A DNA stretch of 64,000 nt, from assembly GCA_031430555.1 (NCBI GenBank), contig JANPBQ010000263.1, positions 650 through 64,649 of the forward strand, written 5' to 3'. Of this stretch, positions 19,245-27,588 are shown one piece after another; the first letter of the stretch is position 1, and each line of letters opens with the position of its first letter. This stretch comes from Betaproteobacteria bacterium (GTDB taxonomy: Bacteria; Pseudomonadota; Gammaproteobacteria; Burkholderiales; Usitatibacteraceae). The translations under genes were made by a program, and so were the position numbers. The notes under the pieces are model-generated. The model was not told the origin of the DNA. It made no database searches and saw only the letters and a list, made by a program, of their open reading frames with translations.

Positions 19245-22200
19245 TCACTCGTCCTTGACTTCATACCAGTAAGTCCGGTAACGGGCATCAAACGCGCTGC
19301 CACCGGGATTCTTAACGCGCGTGCCCAAAAGAATACCAGCGCCGGGTCTTAGCGTGCCGCCCCCCGCCGTGGTGGTGTCAACGACGACAAACACTGGGGA
19401 GGGTATGAAGCCGCCGCCCGTCAGCACTGTGCTGCGCTCTTCACCTTTTGGCGGTTCGCCGCTGACGTAGTTGATGAAGTACGAACGCGCATCACCCAAA
19501 TTGTTGCATTCGGTATCAAGATTGTTGCGCGGCGTATGCGTATTGATCGCGGTAAAGCCGGCCGCGGTGGTCGCGGTACCGACCACTTTTTCGCCTGTGT
19601 TCTCCAGCCGCAATACCCAGCCGCGCGCATCGGCGATCTTCGACGCATCCGTGGTCGCGTAATTGCTGCCATTGGCGGCTTCACCACTAAGAATGTCGTA
19701 GAGCATCTTCGGCGAGCTCGTGTCCTGCGCCGGGTCCTTGATCACGGCAAGCCCGCCCAGTGCACTGCCGTCCAGGCCGACTGAACGATCCTTGAACATG
19801 TACACGCGGTTTTTCACGTTATAGGCTGCATACGTGTCCGTTGGCTTTTCGCGGTCACCGCTGCCGATGATGATGGCGTAGAACTCGCCGTTCTTGTCCT
19901 TGCCGCGCACCACGCTCGGCGCAAACAGGAATTTGCGCGCATCGACGCCGGTTGCGGCGATGGAGGCAATTTGCCAGATCTTCCATTTGTTCTTGTCTGG
20001 ATCCGACACATCCACCCGCCAAACATTGCCGCCGGTATCGGCCGCGTAAATCCAGTCAGTGGTTCCGTCCGCGTTCGCGTCCACCGGATAGATGTCGGCG
20101 ACGACGCTATTGGAAATGAGCCTGTCGAGATTACCGGCGACATTCCCCGCGCCAAACTCCCGAAGCACGTCCCCCGTCACCGCATCGACCACGTAAATGC
20201 GGTTGCCGATCGTTGCCGCAACCTGTGGTTCGACATCATCCGCGGCGGTGCTGTAGCCACCGCCGAAAATCAGCACCGGATTCGCATTCCCAGGGACTTT
20301 CGCCGATGTCGGTTGCGACCAGGTTTGTCCAAGATTTCCATATCCGGTATCGCATCCCGTTGAGCCCGTGGGATTGGGACAGCCCTTCTTCCACATCAAC
20401 AGCGGAGTTGTCTTGTTGGTAACATTGAACGCGTAAATATAGCGTCCACCGCGCCGCATCGTCGGATAAATGTAGGCCTTCTCAAGTATTCCGTCTTTGT
20501 TGGCGTCCTCGGTGTAAAAGCCGATGGGGCCGTCAAAGAAATAGCTGCGCGGCGTGAACGGCGCGACGGTACCGTAGGAGGGATCCTGGGTGATCAATCG
20601 GCCGAGTTTTGGCAGGAATTCTTTTGCAACGAACGACCATATTTCCTGCCCATCGGAGGCAGCCCCGCTCTTGTTACCCGACACGGCATGAAATGCGCCA
20701 TCGTTGGAGCCGTAATACACAACCACGTCGTCGGCACTGCCCGTGAAGTAATTGATAACGAGAGGGCGCGAATGCAGCACGTCGCCGTGAATTGAGGAAC
20801 GCACGTCGGTTGAAACACCATTGCCGTTCTCGTCTTCGTAATTATCCGCACCTCGCATCCAGTTGACCAAGGTCGTCTTGTCAAACGCTGCGCTCGTGGC
20901 CACAATGGTCCCGGTTGCCGGTGTGACAGGACCGACCGTGACCGTGAATGTAAATTTGTCGGCCGCCGTTACCGTGACCATCTTGGTGCCGTTGTATCCG
21001 GCTTCGTTGGCACCAGAGAGCGTTGCCGAAAATGTGCCTGTAAGGCCGTGATTGACCAACGTTGTCGCCGTCGCGAGCGTACCGACCCGGGTGATTGAGG
21101 TCACCGCCTTGGTAGAGCCGCCGCCATCGGCCTTGATGATTCCGGTCGCGGGCGATGCAGGAGTCTCGACCATCGTAAAGCAGAAATAACGCCCGACCGG
21201 GCTGCCCGCGCCGGCGCAAGCGGCACCCAGGCCGGTGATCACGTATGCGCCGTTGTAACCCGCCGTCGTGACGCCACTGATGGTGACCGCGGCGCCAACG
21301 ATGAATGCCGCCGGCGTATTGGCGCTCAACCGAACCAGCGCAGTGGTGCCACTACGTGTCAAGGTTGAAATCACGGTCGTGGTCACGCCGACTTTGGCCG
21401 CCGGCGACGCGCCTAGCACAGCGGGGCTTGTTGGCCCGACAATCACTGAATACGAAAAGGTTGTGGCCGTTAGCAGCGTAATGGCATAGGTTCCGTTGTA
21501 TTCCGCCTGGGTGGCACCGGTCATGCTGACCATTTGTCCATTGGTAAAGCCGTGCGCGGCAGCAGTAGTGACCGTGGCAATACTGCCCACACGGGTAATC
21601 GACGTCACGTTTATTGGAGCACCCGGCAAGGCAACATTGATCAAGCCGGAAGCAGGCGTCAGCGGGGTTTCTGCAACGGTAATGAAGAAAGAAGTGGCGT
21701 TAATCAATCCCAGCGAAAATGTGCCGTTGTATTCCGGCTGAGTTGCACCGGAGATCACCACATTCTGCCCGTCAGTAAATCCGTGCGCGGCGGCGGTTGT
21801 TGCGGTGGCCACGTTGCCTACGCGGGTCAGCGAGGTGACGGACGCTGTCAACCCACCGCCCAACGCCGCGTCGGTAATCCCCGCATTGGCGTTGTCGAAA
21901 TTCTCCAACGTCGTGGTGCACGACATGCAGGTGTACATTTTTCGGGTAGTCTGCGAGGTCGCAAAAGTCTGGCGCAATTTCTGCGCAGCGCCGCCTTTTT
22001 CGACGAACTCACCATCGGGCAGGTCAAACGCGCCACCCGAACCATCAGGAGAGAAGCTCCAGAAACCGGTGTCTGTCGCGGGTTTGTTTGTCCAAAAACT
22101 CACCGCATCGGGAATCACGAACCCGGTGACATCGTTCTCCACTTTCTGGTTCAACGCGTCGGCCAGGAACAAATTGTTGCTGCTGTCGAACAACAGCTTG

Positions 22201-23273
22201 TATTGTTTGAGATTGCCCTGCCAGCGTGGCGAACGGAACGCGTCAGGCCGGAATACGCCCATGAATACCTGGTTCAGGTAGGTGCCGCGGGTGGTAACCG
22301 ACACTGGCAGCGACGCCGACGCGAACTGGCTATTGACCGATTGGATCTGATTGAAAATGCGCTCCAGCGCGGCTTTCAAGCGGGCGATGGTATCGGCGCG
22401 AATATAGAGCCCCTTGCCCTGCAGAGCCATACTTTCAAGAAGCGATGAAAACCCCGGACCTTGCCCGGTGCTGCTGGGGCCTACGTCGACGGTAAAGGTC
22501 GTCACGCATTGCTTGCCTTTTAGCGTAGCGTTCAAATCTTTGCCATAGAGAAATCGCGCCCACTCGTCGGCGATGTTGTCTTGTGAGCTGCTCGGTGACA
22601 GGGGAATGGTCGTCGTATTGCCCCCCAATCCCGACAGGAAATTAGTAGAGGTTGTGGTGTCGCTGTTGTTGTCCTGCACCGGGCCATTGCCAATCATTAT
22701 CAGAAAATTCTTGGCGCAACCGTTGCCACCGATTGGCGATGTATAAGGCCCCGCCGCCGGATCCTGCTTAACCTTGCCGGTGCCCGCGTACGCGGCGGCA
22801 CCCTTGAAATACTGGTGAACCTCGTACATCGACAGCCCCAACTTGCCGCCATTGCTTTTATCGTTGTTGCTGTCGAGCGACAGGATCAGATTCGACAATG
22901 CGGTCCGGTTGGTCAGGTTCATGTTCTTCACCGCCGAGCGAACATAACCGCCGTCGGGGCCGGAGTTGCCTGCGCCGGTCTCAGAGTACATCATCATGCC
23001 TACATTGAATCGGTCATCCAAGCCCAAAAAAGTTGCGGCCAGCGCGGCTTTTTCGGCGGCGAATTTGGTACTGCCGTCGAAGCTCTGACTCCAGTTGGCG
23101 GTGTTGTCGAGCAGAATCAGCACATTCGGACGCTCGGCCGGCGTATCGATCTTGGTGCTGTACAACTCGATATCCTCGGCCAATCCGAGCCCCGTCCAGG
23201 ATGCCAACGCGAGCGCGGCGACGCAGCCGGCGGCGCGCCGCAATGGCAACTTTGAAATCAATTTGTGAATCAT
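19245..23273 (-). CDS. pilY1: type IV pilus tip-associated adhesin PilY1/PilC family
   Basis: 1342 aa from the ATG at 23273 (AAGGAG upstream; ORF open to 23315). It has a signal peptide, an N-terminal vWA-like segment (PNVLILLDNTANWS), and a C-terminal PilY1-type beta-propeller with the Ca-binding-type loop DANADGTTD (20055-20081). It is the last gene of the minor-pilin operon. Confidence 0.85.
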   Translation of the reverse strand: MIHKLISKLPLRRAAGCVAALALASWTGLGLAEDIELYSTKIDTPAERPNVLILLDNTANWSQSFDGSTKFAAEKAALAATFLGLDDRFNVGMMMYSETGAGNSGPDGGYVRSAVKNMNLTNRTALSNLILSLDSNNDKSNGGKLGLSMYEVHQYFKGAAAYAGTGKVKQDPAAGPYTSPIGGNGCAKNFLIMIGNGPVQDNNSDTTTSTNFLSGLGGNTTTIPLSPSSSQDNIADEWARFLYGKDLNATLKGKQCVTTFTVDVGPSSTGQGPGFSSLLESMALQGKGLYIRADTIARLKAALERIFNQIQSVNSQFASASLPVSVTTRGTYLNQVFMGVFRPDAFRSPRWQGNLKQYKLLFDSSNNLFLADALNQKVENDVTGFVIPDAVSFWTNKPATDTGFWSFSPDGSGGAFDLPDGEFVEKGGAAQKLRQTFATSQTTRKMYTCMSCTTTLENFDNANAGITDAALGGGLTASVTSLTRVGNVATATTAAAHGFTDGQNVVISGATQPEYNGTFSLGLINATSFFITVAETPLTPASGLINVALPGAPINVTSITRVGSIATVTTAAAHGFTNGQMVSMTGATQAEYNGTYAITLLTATTFSYSVIVGPTSPAVLGASPAAKVGVTTTVISTLTRSGTTALVRLSANTPAAFIVGAAVTISGVTTAGYNGAYVITGLGAACAGAGSPVGRYFCFTMVETPASPATGIIKADGGGSTKAVTSITRVGTLATATTLVNHGLTGTFSATLSGANEAGYNGTKMVTVTAADKFTFTVTVGPVTPATGTIVATSAAFDKTTLVNWMRGADNYEDENGNGVSTDVRSSIHGDVLHSRPLVINYFTGSADDVVVYYGSNDGAFHAVSGNKSGAASDGQEIWSFVAKEFLPKLGRLITQDPSYGTVAPFTPRSYFFDGPIGFYTEDANKDGILEKAYIYPTMRRGGRYIYAFNVTNKTTPLLMWKKGCPNPTGSTGCDTGYGNLGQTWSQPTSAKVPGNANPVLIFGGGYSTAADDVEPQVAATIGNRIYVVDAVTGDVLREFGAGNVAGNLDRLISNSVVADIYPVDANADGTTDWIYAADTGGNVWRVDVSDPDKNKWKIWQIASIAATGVDARKFLFAPSVVRGKDKNGEFYAIIIGSGDREKPTDTYAAYNVKNRVYMFKDRSVGLDGSALGGLAVIKDPAQDTSSPKMLYDILSGEAANGSNYATTDASKIADARGWVLRLENTGEKVVGTATTAAGFTAINTHTPRNNLDTECNNLGDARSYFINYVSGEPPKGEERSTVLTGGGFIPSPVFVVVDTTTAGGGTLRPGAGILLGTRVKNPGGSAFDARYRTYWYEVKDE
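20883..21839 (-). repeat. four tandem ~75-90-aa domain repeats inside pilY1
   Basis: R1 VTSLTRVGNVATATTAAAHGFTDGQNVVISGATQPEYNGTFSL; R2 VTSITRVGSIATVTTAAAHGFTNGQMVSMTGATQAEYNGTYAIT; R3 ISTLTRSGTTALVRLSANTPAAFIVGAAVTISGVTTAGYNGAYVIT; R4 VTSITRVGTLATATTLVNHGLTGTFSATLSGANEAGYNGTKMVT. Confidence 0.8.
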
Positions 23274-23365
23274 GATTACTCCTTCAGAAATTCTGTTGTC
23301 GGCCGTGTAGATCAAACAATTCTCGGCGGCAGATCTAAATCAATTTGAAATATGGCGCATCACAA

Positions 23366-23821
23366 TCAAGCGCAACCCGTGCCCTTTTTCATGATCATCT
23401 TTACACCTTGCCGCAACGCAACTTTCGCGCCGGTAACGGTATCCGTGACCGATGCACCGATCTCCCAGCGCGTGTCGTCGGGACTCACGGGGCTGTTTAC
23501 ATCGTAGCCATCGGCGGTCGCGGCACCGGCACACTGCGGCGCGGTCACAGAGACACTTTGACCCTGTATGGTTATCGTTGCGGCGGCAGGTGTATAGAAC
23601 GAGGCCGACGAAGAAATCTTTTGCTCGATTGCCGCTTGCGCAAGACTGACGGCAAAATTACGGCTTTGCATGTTGCCTACCGCGCGAAACGATAGCGAGG
23701 TCCCGTTGACCGCCGCGATGCCGAGAATGGTCAGAATGACCAGAAACATGAGCGCCATCACCAACACGGTGCCGGATTGCCGGTACCTCATTGGGTAAGG
23801 CGGATGTGAATGCGAAATCAC
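23366..23821 (-). CDS. pilX: type IV pilus minor pilin PilX
   Basis: Hydrophobic N-terminal segment GTVLVMALMFLVILTILGIAAV. The GTG start at 23821 overlaps the pilW stop (GTGA) and has GGGAGA upstream; an ATG alternative is at 23791. Confidence 0.75.
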   Translation of the reverse strand: MISHSHPPYPMRYRQSGTVLVMALMFLVILTILGIAAVNGTSLSFRAVGNMQSRNFAVSLAQAAIEQKISSSASFYTPAAATITIQGQSVSVTAPQCAGAATADGYDVNSPVSPDDTRWEIGASVTDTVTGAKVALRQGVKMIMKKGTGCA

Positions 23822-24954
23822 GATGGAATCTCCCGGCGCATCGCCAAATTTTCTATGCGGATCAACGTATTGAATACGTGACGTTTGTAGCCGTCATTCT
23901 TAGCGGCAATATTGCGCGTGCCCAGCACATAAGACTTTGCATCGACTTGGCCCGGAGAAACATCGACACTTCGAGAAAGGACAAAAATGCGCGCCGCGAC
24001 GACGTTTGCCCACTCACCCATATCTGCTGGTATGTCGACAAATTTGTCCGGCGAGCCATAACCGACCACATCGCTGCTCGGCGAGGTATCGACGCCCATT
24101 TGGATCGCGAGATTCTCAATGCCTTCCACCAGCGGCTCAAGCACAAAGCCGCCGACACCCAACGACAGTCGCTTCAGCGTTGGCAGCGTATCCGCCTTCG
24201 AGCCGGAACAGACATTGCACGGGCTGATGAAGAACACCGAAATATGCAATTGATTGATCGCGCCCGCCGTAAAACCCGCGCAGGTCCCGGTGGCGTTCTT
24301 GGCGATCGTTGCGGTGGGACACAAGCGATCGGCAGATGCCGCCGGTTTCACCGCACGGCACATCTGCGTCGGTGTGCCGTCCGCCTTGGTTACGCCAAAC
24401 GTGAAACCTCCCGCACCGGTTTGCACTTCGTACTCGCTCGGCTTGGGCCGGGTCTGCACGTAAAACGCACCCACCGTCGGGCTGGGATGGGGCGAGCCGG
24501 CACCGCAAACAGGAATCGTATCTGTTCGGCGCACGACGATAATGTCGGTTCCGGTCAGTACCAGTGGCCCTGAACCACACCCCGCCAATGCCGTCGACGA
24601 CGCGCCGCTTACGGTCTGAATGGGCATTGACATGGCGGTCTGCAAATCCGCAGGAACAACGGTGTTGCATAACGGCGGCGCGGCGGCAGGCGTACCCAGG
24701 ACATCGCCGTAGTCCCCGTAAAAACCGGCCAGTTTGATTTCATCACGCAATATTGAGACGGCGATGCGGCCATTCTCAATCTGCGCATTCGCTCGTTCAA
24801 CTTCGCGGTTGGCCGCGCTGGTGTTGAAAAGCAATGTGCTTAGCGACGCCATCACGATCAATCCCAGCGTCATGGCGATCATGAATTCGATGATCGAGAA
24901 TCCGCGCTCATCGCGACCAGCGTATATTTGATTCATGCGTTGTCCGGTTTGCAT
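23818..24954 (-). CDS. pilW: type IV pilus minor pilin PilW
   Basis: Prepilin-type N-terminus ERGFSIIEFMIAMTLGLIVMASL; ~375 aa; position between pilV and pilX. Alternative start at 24936. Confidence 0.8.
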   Translation of the reverse strand: MQTGQRMNQIYAGRDERGFSIIEFMIAMTLGLIVMASLSTLLFNTSAANREVERANAQIENGRIAVSILRDEIKLAGFYGDYGDVLGTPAAAPPLCNTVVPADLQTAMSMPIQTVSGASSTALAGCGSGPLVLTGTDIIVVRRTDTIPVCGAGSPHPSPTVGAFYVQTRPKPSEYEVQTGAGGFTFGVTKADGTPTQMCRAVKPAASADRLCPTATIAKNATGTCAGFTAGAINQLHISVFFISPCNVCSGSKADTLPTLKRLSLGVGGFVLEPLVEGIENLAIQMGVDTSPSSDVVGYGSPDKFVDIPADMGEWANVVAARIFVLSRSVDVSPGQVDAKSYVLGTRNIAAKNDGYKRHVFNTLIRIENLAMRREIPS

Positions 24955-24963
24955 TTTCTTGAC

Positions 24964-25548
24964 CTACGTAAGCTTGCCGACGCGAAACTGCGTGAATACA
25001 AACCGCCGCTGCGATTCATCGGGATACAGCCCCGCTCCGCAGGGCACGCTGATAGGCGGAGAAAAGCCCCCTGATTGCGATTGCCACACCACGGAAACGG
25101 TATAGATGCCAGTGTCGGCGGCACTCGGTAATTCGGTCGCTGCATCGTAAGATATGCATCCGCGCGCGCCAATCATGGCGCCGACATTCGCGGCACCGCT
25201 TTTTTCCGCAGCACCAAGTAACGACTGCGCCCATGCCTGGCAATCGGCATCAGCTGAAAGTCCACACGTGGCCGAACTTCCGGTGCCCAGATAACCGCTG
25301 CCAAGGTCGTAGGAGCGCGCACTCTTGCGATTGACATTTATCCGGTCAACCATGTCTTGCATCAACAATATTGCCTGCGAACGTTGGAAGGACTCCTGAA
25401 CAGAACGGGTTGCCACCAATTGCAAGGCGGCCATACCCAACAATCCGATCGCCAATATCATCACCGCGACCAATATTTCAAGCAATGAAAAGCCGCGCGA
25501 CTTGGCTGGCGCAGGTTTTACACTTCTTCTCAACGTATGCATCAGCAT
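24964..25548 (-). CDS. pilV: type IV pilus minor pilin PilV
   Basis: SRGFSLLEILVAVMILAIGLLGMAALQ prepilin N-terminus. The ATG at 25548 (or 25542) overlaps the end of fimT. The long upstream extension of the ORF to 25785 is rejected. Confidence 0.8.
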   Translation of the reverse strand: MLMHTLRRSVKPAPAKSRGFSLLEILVAVMILAIGLLGMAALQLVATRSVQESFQRSQAILLMQDMVDRINVNRKSARSYDLGSGYLGTGSSATCGLSADADCQAWAQSLLGAAEKSGAANVGAMIGARGCISYDAATELPSAADTGIYTVSVVWQSQSGGFSPPISVPCGAGLYPDESQRRFVFTQFRVGKLT

Positions 25549-26039
25549 GCCCCTTTCTTGCTGCTCGCGATTCCCGTGAGGCCGAGCGTGATGCAGCTTC
25601 TTTCCGGCGAAGTTCCGGTTGGGTCTGCGACCTCCAGCGTCACCGGCGCATTGGCGACGCGGCCCGTTTGCGTGAAAGAAATCGAAAAAGTACCGCCGGG
25701 AACCGGTGTTACTCCCACGCGTTTTACGGCACTTTGCGTGCGCAGGACGGTCGCACCAAACGCGACTTGCGAGCCTTTGTTCCAATCGCCCGCAACCGCG
25801 TTCACTTGTACAGTAGCGTTGCGTTTCAAGGCCTCGCTTCGAGCAAAAATCATTTGCGAAACGAGTTCAAACGAAACGCTTCGCACCTCCATATTCACCA
25901 GCAGGAATTGAAAGCTTGGCACTGCTAGTCCCGCAAGCACCGCGCCAATCGCGACGGTGATAAGGAGTTCGACCAGCGTAAACCCGCGGGCACGCCGGAA
26001 TGATCGCTTCTTGGCGGCAGGCTTTAGGGTCATTTCCAT
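25542..26039 (-). CDS. fimT: GspH/FimT-family minor pilin
   Basis: [28 protein letters not shown]-terminus; ~165 aa. The start is 26039 or 26033, the latter an ATGA overlap with the pilE stop. Confidence 0.8.
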   Translation of the reverse strand: MEMTLKPAAKKRSFRRARGFTLVELLITVAIGAVLAGLAVPSFQFLLVNMEVRSVSFELVSQMIFARSEALKRNATVQVNAVAGDWNKGSQVAFGATVLRTQSAVKRVGVTPVPGGTFSISFTQTGRVANAPVTLEVADPTGTSPERSCITLGLTGIASSKKGAC

Positions 26040-26455
26040 TTGTTTGCAGGTGCTTTCACGCCTTGATAATCAAGCGTTAAATTGCCGTCGCTTGCCTGTG
26101 GACCGATCGCAGTAGCGGTAATCGTGTACGTTGGGGGTGCCGCATTGGTGGCGATGGTGATCGTGTACCAGGCGTCCGTCTCCGTGGTGCCGACCTTCAA
26201 TGCCGGCACCGTCGCCGCATAAACTCTCGCTTCCAACAAATACTGTTCCTGTTTGGTCGCGATCGACTGCATGATCGCCTGAACGCTCGCTCGGCGGCCT
26301 TTCTTAACCTGATCTTGGTACGATGGATAAGCGATCGCCGCGAGCACCCCAATAATGGCAACCACGATCATTAATTCAATGAGCGTAAAGCCCCGTTGAA
26401 TGCAATTGTTGAACTGAAGTTGCGCAGTTAGCGCAGGGAGTGAATTTGTTCGCAT
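26030..26455 (-). CDS. pilE: type IV pilin PilE-like
   Basis: 141 aa; [37 protein letters not shown]. The leader before the G/F cleavage site is unusually long at 22 aa. Confidence 0.8.
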   Translation of the reverse strand: MRTNSLPALTAQLQFNNCIQRGFTLIELMIVVAIIGVLAAIAYPSYQDQVKKGRRASVQAIMQSIATKQEQYLLEARVYAATVPALKVGTTETDAWYTITIATNAAPPTYTITATAIGPQASDGNLTLDYQGVKAPANKWK

Positions 26456-26485
26456 TTTTTTTGCCTCTCAAACGATTATTGTGCA

Positions 26486-26501
26486 TGCAATGCTGCGCCC
26501 A
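26486..26501 (-). promoter_or_regulatory. candidate sigma-54 (-24/-12) promoter upstream of pilE
   Basis: The minus strand reads TGGGCGCAGCATTGCA, i.e. GG-N10-GC with a TTGCA -12 element. It lies about 30 nt upstream of the pilE ATG. Confidence 0.4.
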
Positions 26502-26579
26502 CAATCTACCCCGACCGGCGGCGAAAGCAGACCGACACACGGCAGCGGAACGGGAAAGTCAACTGCTACCATTGCCGCC

Positions 26580-27212
26580 ATGACAGCCGTGTTCACGAAT
26601 ATCCTCGAAGCCGCCCAAATTGGCAAGCGGCGGCATTTGCATGGATTCCTGATCGCACTTGCCGCCTCCCTGGTCGCCCATTGCATCATTTTGATCCAAA
26701 CTGCGGGTTCCGCCCGGATGCAGGGCCCGCCTGAAGTGGCCACAGCGCGGGCTGTGCAAAAAATTTTCGCCTATGTCAATTTGGCATCGCCCGCGAATTC
26801 GCCTGTTTCGCCATCCACATCGATAGTTTCGCCAACATTGGTATTCGCGCCGCGGGAACAAAAAACGGCGTCCGGCGATGCAATTTTTATCCCCATCGCA
26901 ACGCCCGATGAGCACTACCTTCGCGCCAAAGCGCTCGATACGCGGCCGACGCCAGTCGGTAGCCTCGCGTTCAAGCCGCCAAAGCTCGGCGTCGGCGCCA
27001 AGCCTATTGAAGTAAGGTTGCGAATTTTTGTTAATGAGTACGGTGCAGTTGATTTTGTGCGGATCGAGGGTGAAGCGCCCGATTCTGAATTCACCGAACC
27101 GATCATTGCAACCCTGAAAAAATCACGGTTTTCTCCGGGACAGGTCAATGGTGAAAATGTGAAGAGTCAATTAGTTCTGGGGTGGAAATTCGAGACTGAA
27201 TCCAACGATTGA
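26580..27212 (+). CDS. TonB C-terminal-domain-like membrane protein (hypothetical)
   Basis: One TM segment (FLIALAASLVAHCIILI), a Pro/Ser-rich linker, and a C-terminal ~80 aa (IEVRLRIFVNEYGAVDFVRIEG..ATLKKSRFSPGQVNGENV) resembling TonB_C. Start is uncertain (ORF opens at 26481). Confidence 0.5.
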   Translation: MTAVFTNILEAAQIGKRRHLHGFLIALAASLVAHCIILIQTAGSARMQGPPEVATARAVQKIFAYVNLASPANSPVSPSTSIVSPTLVFAPREQKTASGDAIFIPIATPDEHYLRAKALDTRPTPVGSLAFKPPKLGVGAKPIEVRLRIFVNEYGAVDFVRIEGEAPDSEFTEPIIATLKKSRFSPGQVNGENVKSQLVLGWKFETESND

Positions 27213-27246
27213 GACTTCTTTCTTCGCCTGTTGCGAGATCACTTAC

Positions 27247-27276
27247 TTGGCGAGCATGCCCCGTCTCGGCTATAAT
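27247..27276 (+). promoter_or_regulatory. candidate sigma-70 promoter for the tRNA-Thr pair
   Basis: TTGGCG (27247-27252), an 18-nt spacer, and consensus TATAAT (27271-27276), about 22 nt before the first tRNA. Confidence 0.5.
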
Positions 27277-27297
27277 TTCAGGCTGTCTTTTCCGCAT

Positions 27298-27373
<76 letters not shown>

Positions 27374-27426
27374 AAACTTCTGCGGGACTTGCCGATTCTC
27401 CGCGAATCAATGACACGAATCACCAT

Positions 27427-27501
27427 GCCCGCATAGCTCAGGGGTAGAGCAACCGCCTTGTAAGCGGTAGGTCGTCAGTTCGAATCCGACTGTGGGCACC
27501 A
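27427..27501 (+). tRNA. tRNA-Thr (anticodon UGU)
   Basis: 75 nt. Acceptor GCCCGCA/TGTGGGC (one G-U pair), D-arm GCTC-AGGGGTA-GAGC, anticodon arm ACCGC-CTTGTAA-GCGGT, T-loop TTCGAAT, encoded CCA. Confidence 0.85.
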
Positions 27502-27588
27502 ATAGCGTTTCCCGGATTTATTTGCCGCGTTTGGGAACGTCGCGCGGGCAAGCATTTCTAAACAAGGGTCTATACAACAATTCGGCAC

